A DNA stretch of 63,303 nucleotides, counting the filler, from Nemertoderma westbladi (Eukaryota; Animalia; Xenacoelomorpha), in NCBI GenBank assembly GCA_032718475.1. It is 3 parts of 3 records of this genome, joined end to end, with 100 filler letters (N's around TTAATTAATTAA, not from the genome) between each part and the next. Parts side by side here need not be neighbours in the genome. Positions count along the whole stretch, not along the records: positions 1 to 20,852 come from JAUCBJ010003897.1; 2 more parts are not named here. One strand, 5' to 3'. Under the pieces are notes generated by a model, which worked only from the letters and a program-made list of their open reading frames with translations, searched no databases and had not been told where the DNA came from. Below, in pieces: positions 1-10,887 of the stretch (positions are counted from its first letter, which is position 1; each line of letters opens with the position of its first letter). Both the position numbers and the translations under genes were made by a program.

Positions 1-835
1 AGTTCGATAAGACTCCGTGAACTTTAAGGCTCGTCCCACATAACAACCCCGGTCCCGAACGCCAACAGCTATAATGCATTGTTTTATGAGGAATTAATTA
101 GTCACTTTATTATTTTATTCTCTGTTAAGTTTAATTTATTTCTTAAATTATTATTTTACTGTGGTAATGATGTGGCGGTATAACACAATTCAGAAAAATG
201 ATCTTTCTAAATCGATTTCTTAATTAAACCACAAAATAAATAAAACTTAAATTACAGTAGTGTTCTACTAACACACAGAACAAAACCCACAATTCACAAA
301 AACATTAAGAAAGTGAAAAAATATATATATTTATGTACCGGTATATAACATAATAATAATATAATAATAGTTATTTAAATATAGCTGTTATTATATTACG
401 ACTAAAATGACCTACCAGTAGCCATCTTTTTACTACCAGTTTATTTCACGGGTGCAAAGAGTGAAATGAGAAAATTAGAGAAAGGGGAGACGGGTAAAAA
501 AATACTCCGTATTGTAGTACCTGAATTTCATTGCACAGTTGAAACAATTTTTCCCAGGAAAATATATTTTTTGATAATATGAAAACAACAATTAAAAAAA
601 CACATATTGATGAAAAAAAAGTCTCAGACGTTAAAAATTCTGATAATATTAAACTCACCTGACACATTTCCTAATGAATTAATATCACTTTTTTTTTAAA
701 TAATGATACAGAATACTTAATGATTTTATTGAAACCAGTATGTATTTTATTTATAAAATTATTATTTATTATTATTATTTATATATTTATTTAATAAATA
801 AATTGGAGTTGAGCTGTTAATGCAACTGTAATTAA

Positions 836-1043
836 AGATGTAATATTATGGTTTTGTTCAGAAATGGAAAAAATGAGAAAGCGCGTCACCGGGGGTTGAA
901 CCAGCGCTATACGTACGTTTCGGGGCCTTGTTTTAGGGCGATGAGGCCTGATAGGCTGAAACGTACGTATAGCGCTGGTTCAACCCCCGGTGACGCGCTT
1001 TCTCATTTTTTCCATTTCTGAACAAAACCATAATATTACATCT
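836..1043. mobile_element. Palindromic remnant, probably the inverted pseudo-LTR of a Penelope-like element
   Basis: Perfect 86-bp inverted arms (836-921 / 958-1043) around a 36-nt spacer; the junction contains a hammerhead-like core. Confidence 0.6.
940..974 (+). ncRNA. 5'-truncated minimal type I hammerhead ribozyme motif
   Basis: GATGA-GGCCT-gat-AGGCT-GAAAC-GTAC-GTA: core GAUGA and GAAA boxes, helix II, palindromic GUAC loop III and a GUA cleavage triplet. The intact CUGA start of the core and the 5' strand of helix I are missing. Confidence 0.55.
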
Positions 1044-1555
1044 ATATTTATTTGATAATTCAGATGCGCAAAAACGCAAGTCGCAAATCAATCAATCAAA
1101 TCGCAAGTTTGATAACTAATTTAATTTAGTACGTTTGAATGTATAATATTAATTATGTTTTTATTAAATGTTAACGAATAACTTTATTGACGAAAATTAA
1201 TGATAATATCTACTGTAGTAGCCGCAAACAAAACGAAAATATTAGCCAATTATATAATTTTGAGAAATTTTTTCATGATTAATTAATTATCGCCTTTTCG
1301 AATAGTATTTTTCGGAAATCGCCAAGAAATAGCTCATTTGTCTGTGAACTTTTTATTTCTATTTTGAAGAAAATACAATCATACTTGTATGACACAATAT
1401 AACACACAAATGAGTAGGCCTAAAGTACCCTAAGAAGAAACAAAATAATATAATAACATTACCACATTGACATTTTAACAAATTGCGAAATAATTAAATT
1501 AAAAGTTCCCACGTTTAAAAGTAAATTAATATATGAATTACATACATTACTTAGG

Positions 1556-1758
1556 GTGGCCCAGAACTGCCACTGTCAAAAGTAAGTTATTTAAGGGCAA
1601 ATTTTTTAAAATGACATGAAACGTGTCATTTTGCTTTTCAAAATGACACGATTCATGTCATTTCGTACTATTAAAATGACACGATTTATGTCAAACATAT
1701 TTTACAGTGCCGAATTTAACACAGAAAATGTACTTTGATAGTGGCCGTTCTGGGCCAC
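1556..1758. mobile_element. MITE
   Basis: Imperfect TIRs GTGGCCCAGAACTGCCACTGTCAAA / TTTGATAGTGGCCGTTCTGGGCCAC, with internal AAAATGACAC palindromic repeats. Confidence 0.65.
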
Positions 1759-2707
1759 ATGCACTACATCAGTGCACTAAATTAAATGCTATTGCGTGAT
1801 ATGTATTAAGCACGAGGTCGAGAGTGGCCCAAAAAAATTTAGAAATTCCTATGGGCTACCCCCAAAAATTTGGCAGTTGGTGAACAAATAAAATGTGAAG
1901 CGTGAAAAATCAATTAGGTTGAAGTCTACCCGGTGCTCGCTCAACGCCACCAAAGTTATCCCACTACAATCGCGATCATCGATAAGGTCTCGATAGGATG
2001 TTTTACCACTAGAGAGGCACTTCTGATAGCGCTAGGGCTAGAAGCGCAATCATTGATTTAGTGTGGGTAGGTGAGAATAAAGTACCGGTACCGTATAGAA
2101 CGTTCAGGTTTTACGATTACCATTATAACTTGGAGCTAAATAGCGGTAGTGCTAAATATTTGGCCCCAAACTTTAGAATTAGTTCCGCTTCATGAATACC
2201 AACCCCGGATGTTTCAGGGTGCTAATATAATGTACTTCCTACCAGCCCAAATCCTGCAAAACTCACGAAAATACCAATCGCATTTAAACACTACTGATAC
2301 TGAATAAATAGGTTCCGTATATCAGTATAGTACTACAGTCATTTATATATGCTCTTTGATAGTTTAAAGTCTAAAGATAGTCTAAATTGTTTTACATCGA
2401 ATTAATATTATAAACAGTACAAATTGATAAATCTTGTCGGAAATTTCTGTAAATTAAATATTTCACATAATACAACTTCGAAAGCGATTAAATAAGTATA
2501 GAGAGAAAGTAAAGTTGTTTAGCAACACCAACTTGGCAAGTATCAGAAATATAAATAAACATAATATTTACAAAATTCAAAAGCATTCAATAATTCAAAA
2601 CAACCAAAAATAAGTTGCAAATAAACACAACTAATAAAATTGGAAATCCTATGAAAACAAAATTGACAAAGTGTTGAGAAGATAAAGTAGAATAGCCATA
2701 TGGTTGG

Positions 2708-3586
2708 TTACTGGTGCTTCTTTATCTCCTTTGCGGAGCGGTCGTCCATTCGTGCAGTCTCGTCTGCGACAGCGGGTTCCTTGGATGCACGTTTACCTTT
2801 AACGTAGCAGTGGTAGTAAAAGTTCATAAACAACATGACATGGGAGAGCCCCGTAGACAGATCAGGGCCCAGTGCATCCATTCTGGGAAGTCGCAACCGC
2901 GGTAGAGTGATTGCACGGCATAGACCGAGCCCAACAACGAATTGCATTAGTTGCATTATAGTTAGGTAGCGTTTCCACCACAAGTACTTCTGTACATGGG
3001 GGCCCAGCCCAGAGACGCCGTAGTAACCGTACATCAGGATATGAACCCCGGAATTAATCAGCGCCCCAAAGCAAGACTGGCCGCCAGCGACGAATTTGAC
3101 TCCAATCCACCAGATTGGGAACATAGTAGCGTGATGGTACACATGCAGGAAGCTAATCTGGTTGGATTTCTTGCGGAGAACAAAGATAATGGTATCAATA
3201 AACTCTAACAATTTCGATATGTAATACAAATAAAGAGCTTTAGCAATGCGCATCTCATGATATTCTGTTGTGTACCTCACTGGTTGACAGTAGTAACTGT
3301 ACCCCGCCGAAGTGGAGGCGGTAATTAATTCCTCGAATATGTAGATGTTGAGCGACATTATAGCGAGGTTATACCCAACCATTAGCCATCGAAGAGTGAA
3401 TGGTTTGCGGTTCTCCATTAGCTGGGGGCCAATGCGACACACTAGGATAATATAGAGTGCAGATAGAGCGAGAGTGGGAGTGTACGAGTGAATCAGTGGC
3501 CAGTTCGCAACACGTGGGTCAGCATCCGCACAGGCAATCTCGTAACGGTGATACAACTGCGCGATATAATCTCCAAACACGTCCAT
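2708..3586 (-). CDS. elovl4: Very-long-chain fatty acid elongase, ELOVL4-like, intronless
   Basis: ELO motifs KxxEFxDT, SFLHVYHH, NSxVHxxMYxYY and TxxQxxQ; C-terminal KKHQ ER-retrieval-type signal; ATG at 3586. A locally frameshifted segment lies at 2849-2926. Confidence 0.9.
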   Translation of the reverse strand: MDVFGDYIAQLYHRYEIACADADPRVANWPLIHSYTPTLALSALYIILVCRIGPQLMENRKPFTLRWLMVGYNLAIMSLNIYIFEELITASTSAGYSYYCQPVRYTTEYHEMRIAKALYLYYISKLLEFIDTIIFVLRKKSNQISFLHVYHHATMFPIWWIGVKFVAGGQSCFGALINSGVHILMYGYYGVSGLGPHVQKYLWWKRYLTIMQLMQFVVGLGLCRAITLPRLRLPRMDALGPDLSTGLSHVMLFMNFYYHCYVKGKRASKEPAVADETARMDDRSAKEIKKHQ

Positions 3587-4904
3587 CTTTATTGTAATGT
3601 TATAGAAACTGGAACCAATATATAAATATAATCTTAGTGCCGGTCTGTCGGTACCGGTAACAGACACAGAGTATATTAAGAAATGATTAGATATCTATTT
3701 AATACCGGTACTTTAAGAATAATGCTAAACAATGTATAACAGGAATTGTTGCCCGTATAGTCTGATAGTAGTATGTAGTAAGCCTAGCAGCCTAGGGCGG
3801 GCGCAGGGTACACAGGTCTGCAGTTTGAGCGCCCGTCTGCAATCTATTGGTTGTACGTTCGAAAGTTCCACAAAATTTATTAGATTAATACTGTAATACA
3901 GTACCGGTAATAGGCCTGCCTATGCAAACAAAGTAAAGGAGTACAGGATGACACCATTGATCAGGACCACATAATAGTAAATACAGAAATAGCCAGCTAC
4001 CGTATACAGAATACAGGAATAGGCCTACTGGAATTAATTGGAATATGACCTTCAGATAACAGTATATTATAGAATATCTGAATTATGAATATATGCTTAG
4101 GCCTAGAACTAAACAGTTTACATATATATATTATTAATATTAAATTAAGTTAGAACTTAGAAGTTACAGTTTAATGCTGTAATGGTCAGACTGTGGTAGG
4201 ACCCCATTTGCCATTGATAAACTGATAGCTGAGTGTCAATGTTCACTGTTTGCAAATACACAACCTAGCAACCATGTATGTACCAGATGCCAGGCAATGT
4301 TCATTTGTCAGATTGTGTTCACAGAAATGGTGGGAAATTTAAAAAATATAAATTATTAATCACAAGTTCCTAGGTACCAATTGGACTTATATTAGATATT
4401 TACTCTAATGTTAGACTCCCTTTACTGTTATACTATAGTAGTATACTAGTGATATAGTGTCATTTTCTGATGACACGGACCCCCCCCCCCCCCCCCCCCC
4501 CTAAATTTTTCTACAAATCTTTATCGTATTGCTTGAAATTTGAAACACAACCATAGTTCAACTCACCGTGGTTGTTACCATGAAGCCGGAATTTTAGATT
4601 TCGCCTTTAAATTTTTTTTATAAACGATTTAAAAAAGTGTCTTTTGCGAAATCGCACCATCCGTATCATTGCCATTCTTCACATTAGTCGTATTTTTTTC
4701 ATATCAATAGAAAGCTTGCGTTACAAGTATAAGTAACACAAGTACAAGTACAAATATGTAACAATATCTGATTTTCGTTGAGAAACAGCTGAAAATAGGC
4801 GTTTAAAGATAGTAAGAATTATTGTTCGTTGCAGGCTATTTATTCTATTCAATAAATGTGATAGAAACTGCACAAATTAAATTAGTTGTTGTATAAATAA
4901 ATAT

Positions 4905-5111
4905 GCAGTCGCTGACGCGACGCACACACCCCCCAGGACGCAGGGGAGGCCCCTTTCCCGCATACTGATCAGCCATCTCGACGAGTGTCTAGGCGAGATG
5001 GCTGATCAGTATCTGGGCCTCGGTGCACCAGACACCGACGGTGGTGCCTACCAGGGGTGTAACCCCTGGTAGGCGATTATTTGTGTATTTAATAAATACA
5101 CAAAATTCTAG
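4905..5111. repeat. GC-rich multi-hairpin small element, possibly a Helitron-type remnant
   Basis: 19-bp perfect stem ATACTGATCAGCCATCTCG/CGAGATGGCTGATCAGTAT, a 12-bp stem GCCTACCAGGGG/CCCCTGGTAGGC, and a terminal AT-rich hairpin followed by CTAG. Confidence 0.4.
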
Positions 5112-5247
5112 AACGTGTTATATATTTTATGAGTTGGTTGGCAACAGTGGCATGCCTATACAATATCTATATTGCGTAGCTAATCATACATAAACAAATT
5201 GTTCCAGAATATTGCGTATTTATTAAATAGAATAAATGGCCTGCAGC

Positions 5248-7443
5248 CAGGCGCGGATCCAGAGGGGGGGCTGAGGTGGCTCTACCCCCCCCCCCCCCCC
5301 CTCCCTTGAGTCATGACCAGACCAGACCAGACCATGAAGTAAACGAGGATTCGCTTTGACTTATAATAACGAAATTATATACCGACGTTCAGTAATAATT
5401 AGGAAAACACACACTTGGCTATATTCAATATTAAAGGGAGCTTGCAAATTAAATGCCCAACTTCTTTATAGGTCAGTCAGTACCAACATACAACTGGTGC
5501 TCATTCTTAACAACCAACGTTGGACCATCAGCTTATTGTAATAATTTAGAGTCAAAAGTTCTTAATTTTTTTTCGCTAAAATTTTGAAAAAAAAGGCTGT
5601 TTTAGCTAAAAACAAAGTATTGTTTTTAGATGTGTATGTGGACTGTACGGTGGCTGATTTAAGCCACATTTAATTTAATTTTTTTTCGAAGAGGATTAAG
5701 AAAAAAATAAACTAAATTATATTATTTAGGGGATTAAGAAAACAGAAACAAATTTAACTAAATTATGTGAATATTGATTTTGATTTCTGATTGGTTGAAA
5801 AAATAAATAAACTAAATTAAGTTATTTCTGATTGGTTAAAAAAATAAATAAACTAAATTAAGTTATTTCTGATTGGTTGAAAAAATAAATAAACTAAATT
5901 AACTGTATTTCTGATTGGTTGAAAAAATAAATAAACTAAATTAAGTTATTTCTGATTGGTTGAAAAAATAAATAAACTAAATTAAGTTATTTCTGATTGG
6001 TTGAAAAAATAAATAAACTAAATTAACTGTATTTCTGATTGGTTGAAAAAATAAATAAACTAAATTAAGTTATTTCTGATTGGTTGAAAAAATAAATTAA
6101 CTAAATTAACTGTATTTCGTACTACGTTTCTGTACTCCACTAACACCGAGTGTTTTCATTGTCAGCGATAGACCCTCTTGCCCCTATATCCACAAACCAC
6201 TACAGTTTAACAGTAGCCTCCCTTACCATGTTGTTGGTGATTCTGTTCATTCATCATACAGCAGTACAGCATACAGACATATACCACACACAGAACACGT
6301 CCAGGCAGTACTGCAGTACACCAGTACCACAAACTGGCAGCCTGAAAGCAGTTGTCCAACCGTCTGACTGGCCTACATGCAGAATGTATAATTTAGTTTA
6401 TCCATTTTTTCAACCAATCAGAAACCTCCCTTAATTTAGTTTATTTATTTTTTTAACCAATCAGGAATATACTTAATTTAGTTTATTTATTTTTTCAACC
6501 AATCAGAAATACAGTTAATTTAGTTAATTTATTTTTTTAACCAATCAGAAATACAGTTAATTTAGTTAATTTATTTTTTCAACCAATCAGAAATAACTTA
6601 ATTTAGTTTATTTATTTTTTCAACCAATCAGAAATAACTTAATTTAGTTTATTTATTTTTTCAACCAATCAGAAATACAGTTAATTTAGTTTATTTATTT
6701 TTTCAACCAATCAGAAATAACTTAATTTAGTTTATTTATTTTTTCAACCAATCAGAAATACAGTTAGTTAATTTAGTTTGTTTATTTTTTCAACCAATCA
6801 GAAATATACTTGATTTAGTTTATTTATTTTTTCAACCAATCAGAAATCAAAATCAATATTCACATAATTTAGTTTAATTTGTTTCTGTTTTCTTAATCCC
6901 CTAAATAATATAATTTAGTTTATTTTTTTCGTAATCCTCTTCAAAAAAAAATTAAATTAAATGTGGCCTAAATCAGCCACCGTAGGACTGTATATTTGAC
7001 CTATATTACATAAATAAATATTGTGGTGTTGTAGCCCTTCAAATCTTTAGACATTGAGCTTGCTCTTAGTCTGTTAGTACTGGTACTAGCTTCCCAAATT
7101 ATTTGCCAATTTAGTGAATATTCACCATTGATCGAAATCCATAATCCACCATGTTAGCATTGTCTGCGTTTCATAAACATAGATTGCCAAAGCCAACCCG
7201 GTATTGAGGTCACGAGTATAGATGATAGAGCCGGCATAGTGCAGTAGTGTCAGGCGTATACTATCAAATATATAGCCAAATTAGGTTGATAATATATATC
7301 AGAAAATAGCCTTCAGATTTGGAATCTCCATTAAATTCGCCACACATCAGGAGGGGATCATATAAAGGGAGGGCCTCGCTTTTAGAATTGTGACGTATTG
7401 ATTATGGTCCACCTCAGCCCCACCCTTAGCAAATTCCTGGATC
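5248..7443. mobile_element. hAT-like non-autonomous element with truncated right TIR
   Basis: Left end CAGGCGCGGATCCAG...GGGCTGAGGTGG; right end CCACCTCAGCCC...CTGGATC, abutting the outer element's TIR. Confidence 0.5.
5646..6984. mobile_element. Foldback-type element with 6-bp target-site duplication
   Basis: Long inverted arms beginning TACGGTGGCTGATTT, built of tandem 41-42-bp CCAAT-containing units (about 5783-6117 and 6404-6847). Direct repeat GGACTG at 5640-5645 and 6985-6990. Confidence 0.9.
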
Positions 7444-8119
7444 AATATGATAAAGATCTGTAGAAAAATTTGGGGGGGGGGGGGGGGTCCGTGTCATCAG
7501 AAAATGACACTATATTACGGGTCATGGTGTACTACTTGTATGTACCTAATAAGCTAAAAAGATCTGCTATATTACAGTACCAAGTACACCTTGGGAATTA
7601 CACACTATCCGCACTAGTTATGTAAGTTATTTTTCGATGTAGGCCTATACCGGTACCCTATATAATATATATTATTTGGTATCACTGCAGATTAAGGGTT
7701 TCTTGTAATACAGTATAACGTGAGCTACTAATAATATTGATTGACACATGTGTACTGTAGTTTCACTCATTAATGTTCGTAGCGTAGCGTAGCATGCGTA
7801 AAAATAATGATATAATTCATAAATAATTAAGCACTAAAACAATTTAACACTACTGTAGATAGACACCACACGAGACGCCGACAACAGTTATTTCGAAGAT
7901 AATAAACTAAAATCCATGCTATTGAGTTTCGTTTATTGTTTTAATTATAATATCCTGCACTCTCTGCAACCTGTTCCTTTCTAAAATTTTATTAACACAG
8001 TATTAATTAACGCTAATAAAGTTTGTACTGTAGGTTTTAGCTTTGTTGTCGGCGTAGCTTTTGCGTTTAATCCCTAACCGCAATACGTAATCCTGTTTTC
8101 GTGTGTAGAAGCAAGTCTA

Positions 8120-9814
8120 ATGAAGATTGCTGTGATTGGCGCCGGGGCTGCTGGACTGGTAACAGCTAAGTTCATCCTCAACCAACCCGGTTTCAGCGTA
8201 AAAGTATATGAACAGGGTTACAGCGTCGGCGGCACCTGGTGTTACACCGATAATGTCGACCGCCACGGACTTCCTTGCCATTCCAGCATGTACCACAACC
8301 TGATAACCAACCTTCCCAAGGAAGTCATGGCGTTCCCAGACTTCCAATTCCCTTTCGATGGGCCTTCCTTTATACCACACCACGAGGTCGCCTTGTATCT
8401 CCAGAATTACGCGAAACATTTCGGCATTCTTCCGCATATCCAATTCGGAAGGCGAGTTCAACTTGTCGATTTTGTAGATAACAAATCATCGGCGATTCAG
8501 TGGCTGGTCACGACGTCCTTTTTACAACAATCGGAAACCGTCGTAGTGTGCAATCAATGATTACCTAGTCAATCTTCATTTCGTAAAGGTAAAATTTAAA
8601 TTGACAAGATAATAGGGAAATTATGTACAATTTCGTGTTCCGTATACAGGAACTGTCGGCGAATGAATATCTCGCCTCAATGTTAAATTATTCTCAATTG
8701 TTTAGGGAAAGGAGCAGGTGACACTAGCGCGTTATTCTAAACAAAACAATAAACTAAGTCAATAGAACAGGTTACGTACGTTAAATGAATTAAATAAGTT
8801 TTTTTTTTAATTTACAAACTCAATAAATTTTATTTTTCCAATTAATGTGGATTTTGTTCATGAAAAATTACCCATTACGAAATTGGAGAAACGAATATGT
8901 CTAGGTAATCCATTGAGACACAGATTCCAACCACTCAAACCGACGAAACGGAAACATTCGATGCCGTTGTCATAGCAAACGGACACTTCCAAAAACCATA
9001 TTACGCAAAGATTCAAGGTTTATCTAGTTTCCCAGGCGCCGTTACCCATTCCCATGACTACCGTCGTCCGGAGACCTACCGCGACCAGCGGGTGCTGGTG
9101 TTCGGGGCCGGAGCTTCCGGTATAGATATCGCAGTCGACGTTTGTTCCCAGGCAACGCGAGTCGTCCTCGCCAACGCGGAGCCCTACCCCTGGAAACCGT
9201 TGCCGAGCAACTGCGAACGCGCTGGAAACATTGCCGTTATCACCGGAAATGAGGTTGAATTCGTCGATGGATCTAAATACCATCCCGACTCGATAATTGT
9301 GTGTTCCGGATACGATTACGATTTCCCATTTTTATCCTCGAGATGCCAAGTTATTGTAGAAGATAAGAGAGTAATGCCGTTATATAAACAAGTGATACAC
9401 GTGGACAGACCCACACTGTGTCTGATTGGCCTTTGTAGTTACACGTGCCCATTCCCAATGTTCCATTGTCAGTCTCAATTCATTGTTAACTCGTTAAGTG
9501 GCGCTATGAAGCTTCCTTCTCGGGCCGATATGATGTCGGATACTGAAAAGGACTTTCAATGGAGACTGTCTATAGGTATGCGACCACGGTACGCCCACCG
9601 CATGGGGGGATTACAATGGGCGTACCACAAGGAATTAGCTAGGGAAGGAGGGTTCCCTTGTCTTCCTAAAAGCTACGAGGTCTTATACGAACAGAATAGC
9701 AATAAACGGAAGGAAAATGTTCGCACATATCGGAATTATAATTACAGTTTCCATGGAGATGGATGGGTAAAAAGAGACGATATAGAGCAAGAAGTTTGGG
9801 ACAGCAGTAAATAG
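8120..9814 (+). CDS. Flavin-containing monooxygenase; probable join(8120..8545,8924..9814), 438 aa
   Basis: FAD-binding GAGAAG, GGTW, FMO signature FPGAVTHSHDYR and NADPH-binding GAGASG. Both parts are in the same frame and are separated by a GT..AG insert. Confidence 0.85.
8546..8923. mobile_element. 378-bp TIR element occupying the putative FMO intron
   Basis: Left GTGTGCAATCAATGATTACCTAGTCA; right end read as reverse complement CTGTGTCTCAATGGATTACCTAGACA; subterminal ATTTCGTAA..GGTAA is also inverted. Confidence 0.75.
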
Positions 9815-10887
9815 ATATCAGGGTTTCTTTGCTATTTGTAAAAACTGTATAAATTAGTAATAATTATTTGTAGTAAAAATCCGTATTAATTTTGTTGTAG
9901 TGTAATCGGATAGGGAGGGGTGGGGGGGGGGGGGGGGGGTGGACGTTCGACGCAATAAAAATGACCTAAATCGACCTAAATAAGACCTGAATTGATTGCT
10001 CCGAAAAATAAAACCGTAACCTGTTTTATTGTCTTTATTTTATTGTTTTGGATCGAATAACGTGCCACTGTAACATGCTCCTTTCCCGAAATTGATAATT
10101 GGACATTGAAACGAGATATTAATTCACAGAGCTCGTTTAATAATCAGCCGTTGATCATTAGCCTATTATTATATCATTATAATCATATTTATTTATTCAT
10201 ATTTCAATAATTAATTTAGTTGTTTAATGTAACTAAATAAAGTGAAATTAAAGCTAAAGCTAACTAAATCGTGTATGTTTATTTATGGCTAAAAACTTAT
10301 TATAGTAAAAAATTAAACTTACTTACCTTAAAGGTTTTACCTACAGAAAGCCTCGATTTTTTAATTTTTTAAAACGAACTTCGATGGAATTTCCTGGTTT
10401 TTTTATCTAATTAAAAGTCTCGATAGACTTTGGAACTATAACTTGTATCTTTGCAAGGGATTACGATTTATTACGATGGGATAATTGTAGTAGTGGACAG
10501 TAAATGAAATCTAGTCACTCAAAGTCCGTCTACATTATGTTTTTCAAGGTCTACATTTTTGCAATTTAAGGTCTGTTATATTCGGATAATACACACAACA
10601 CAACACATTTTAGACAGACTGCCTCAAAGTACATTCTGAGTCTGAGCCCTTCTTGTGATGAGAGTTCACCGCTATTGCATGAGGTAATGTAGGGTTAGGG
10701 TTACCACTACCCCGCCCCGACCTGCACCTGTATGTGGTGGCCCAGAATATGTATCACTACGACAGCAAAACATTCACCACAAATATTACGATTGAATATT
10801 AAATATAAAGTAATAATAATAATTAAACAATTCACTATAATTAATATAGTTCGAATAATATTTAAATTATCTAAAGAAATAAATAAA

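Larger units (their letters stand above)
4453..7514. mobile_element. Non-autonomous DNA transposon with ~75-bp TIRs, hosting nested insertions
   Basis: TATAGTGTCATTTTCTGATGACACGGAC(C)nTAAATTTTTCTACAAATCTTTATCGTATTG at 4453-4531, and its near reverse complement at 7443-7514. Confidence 0.8.

Noticed and set aside
3587-3667. GTG-initiated N-terminal extension of ELOVL in the ORF track
   Set aside because: This is a eukaryotic gene; the ATG at 3586 gives a normal-length protein.
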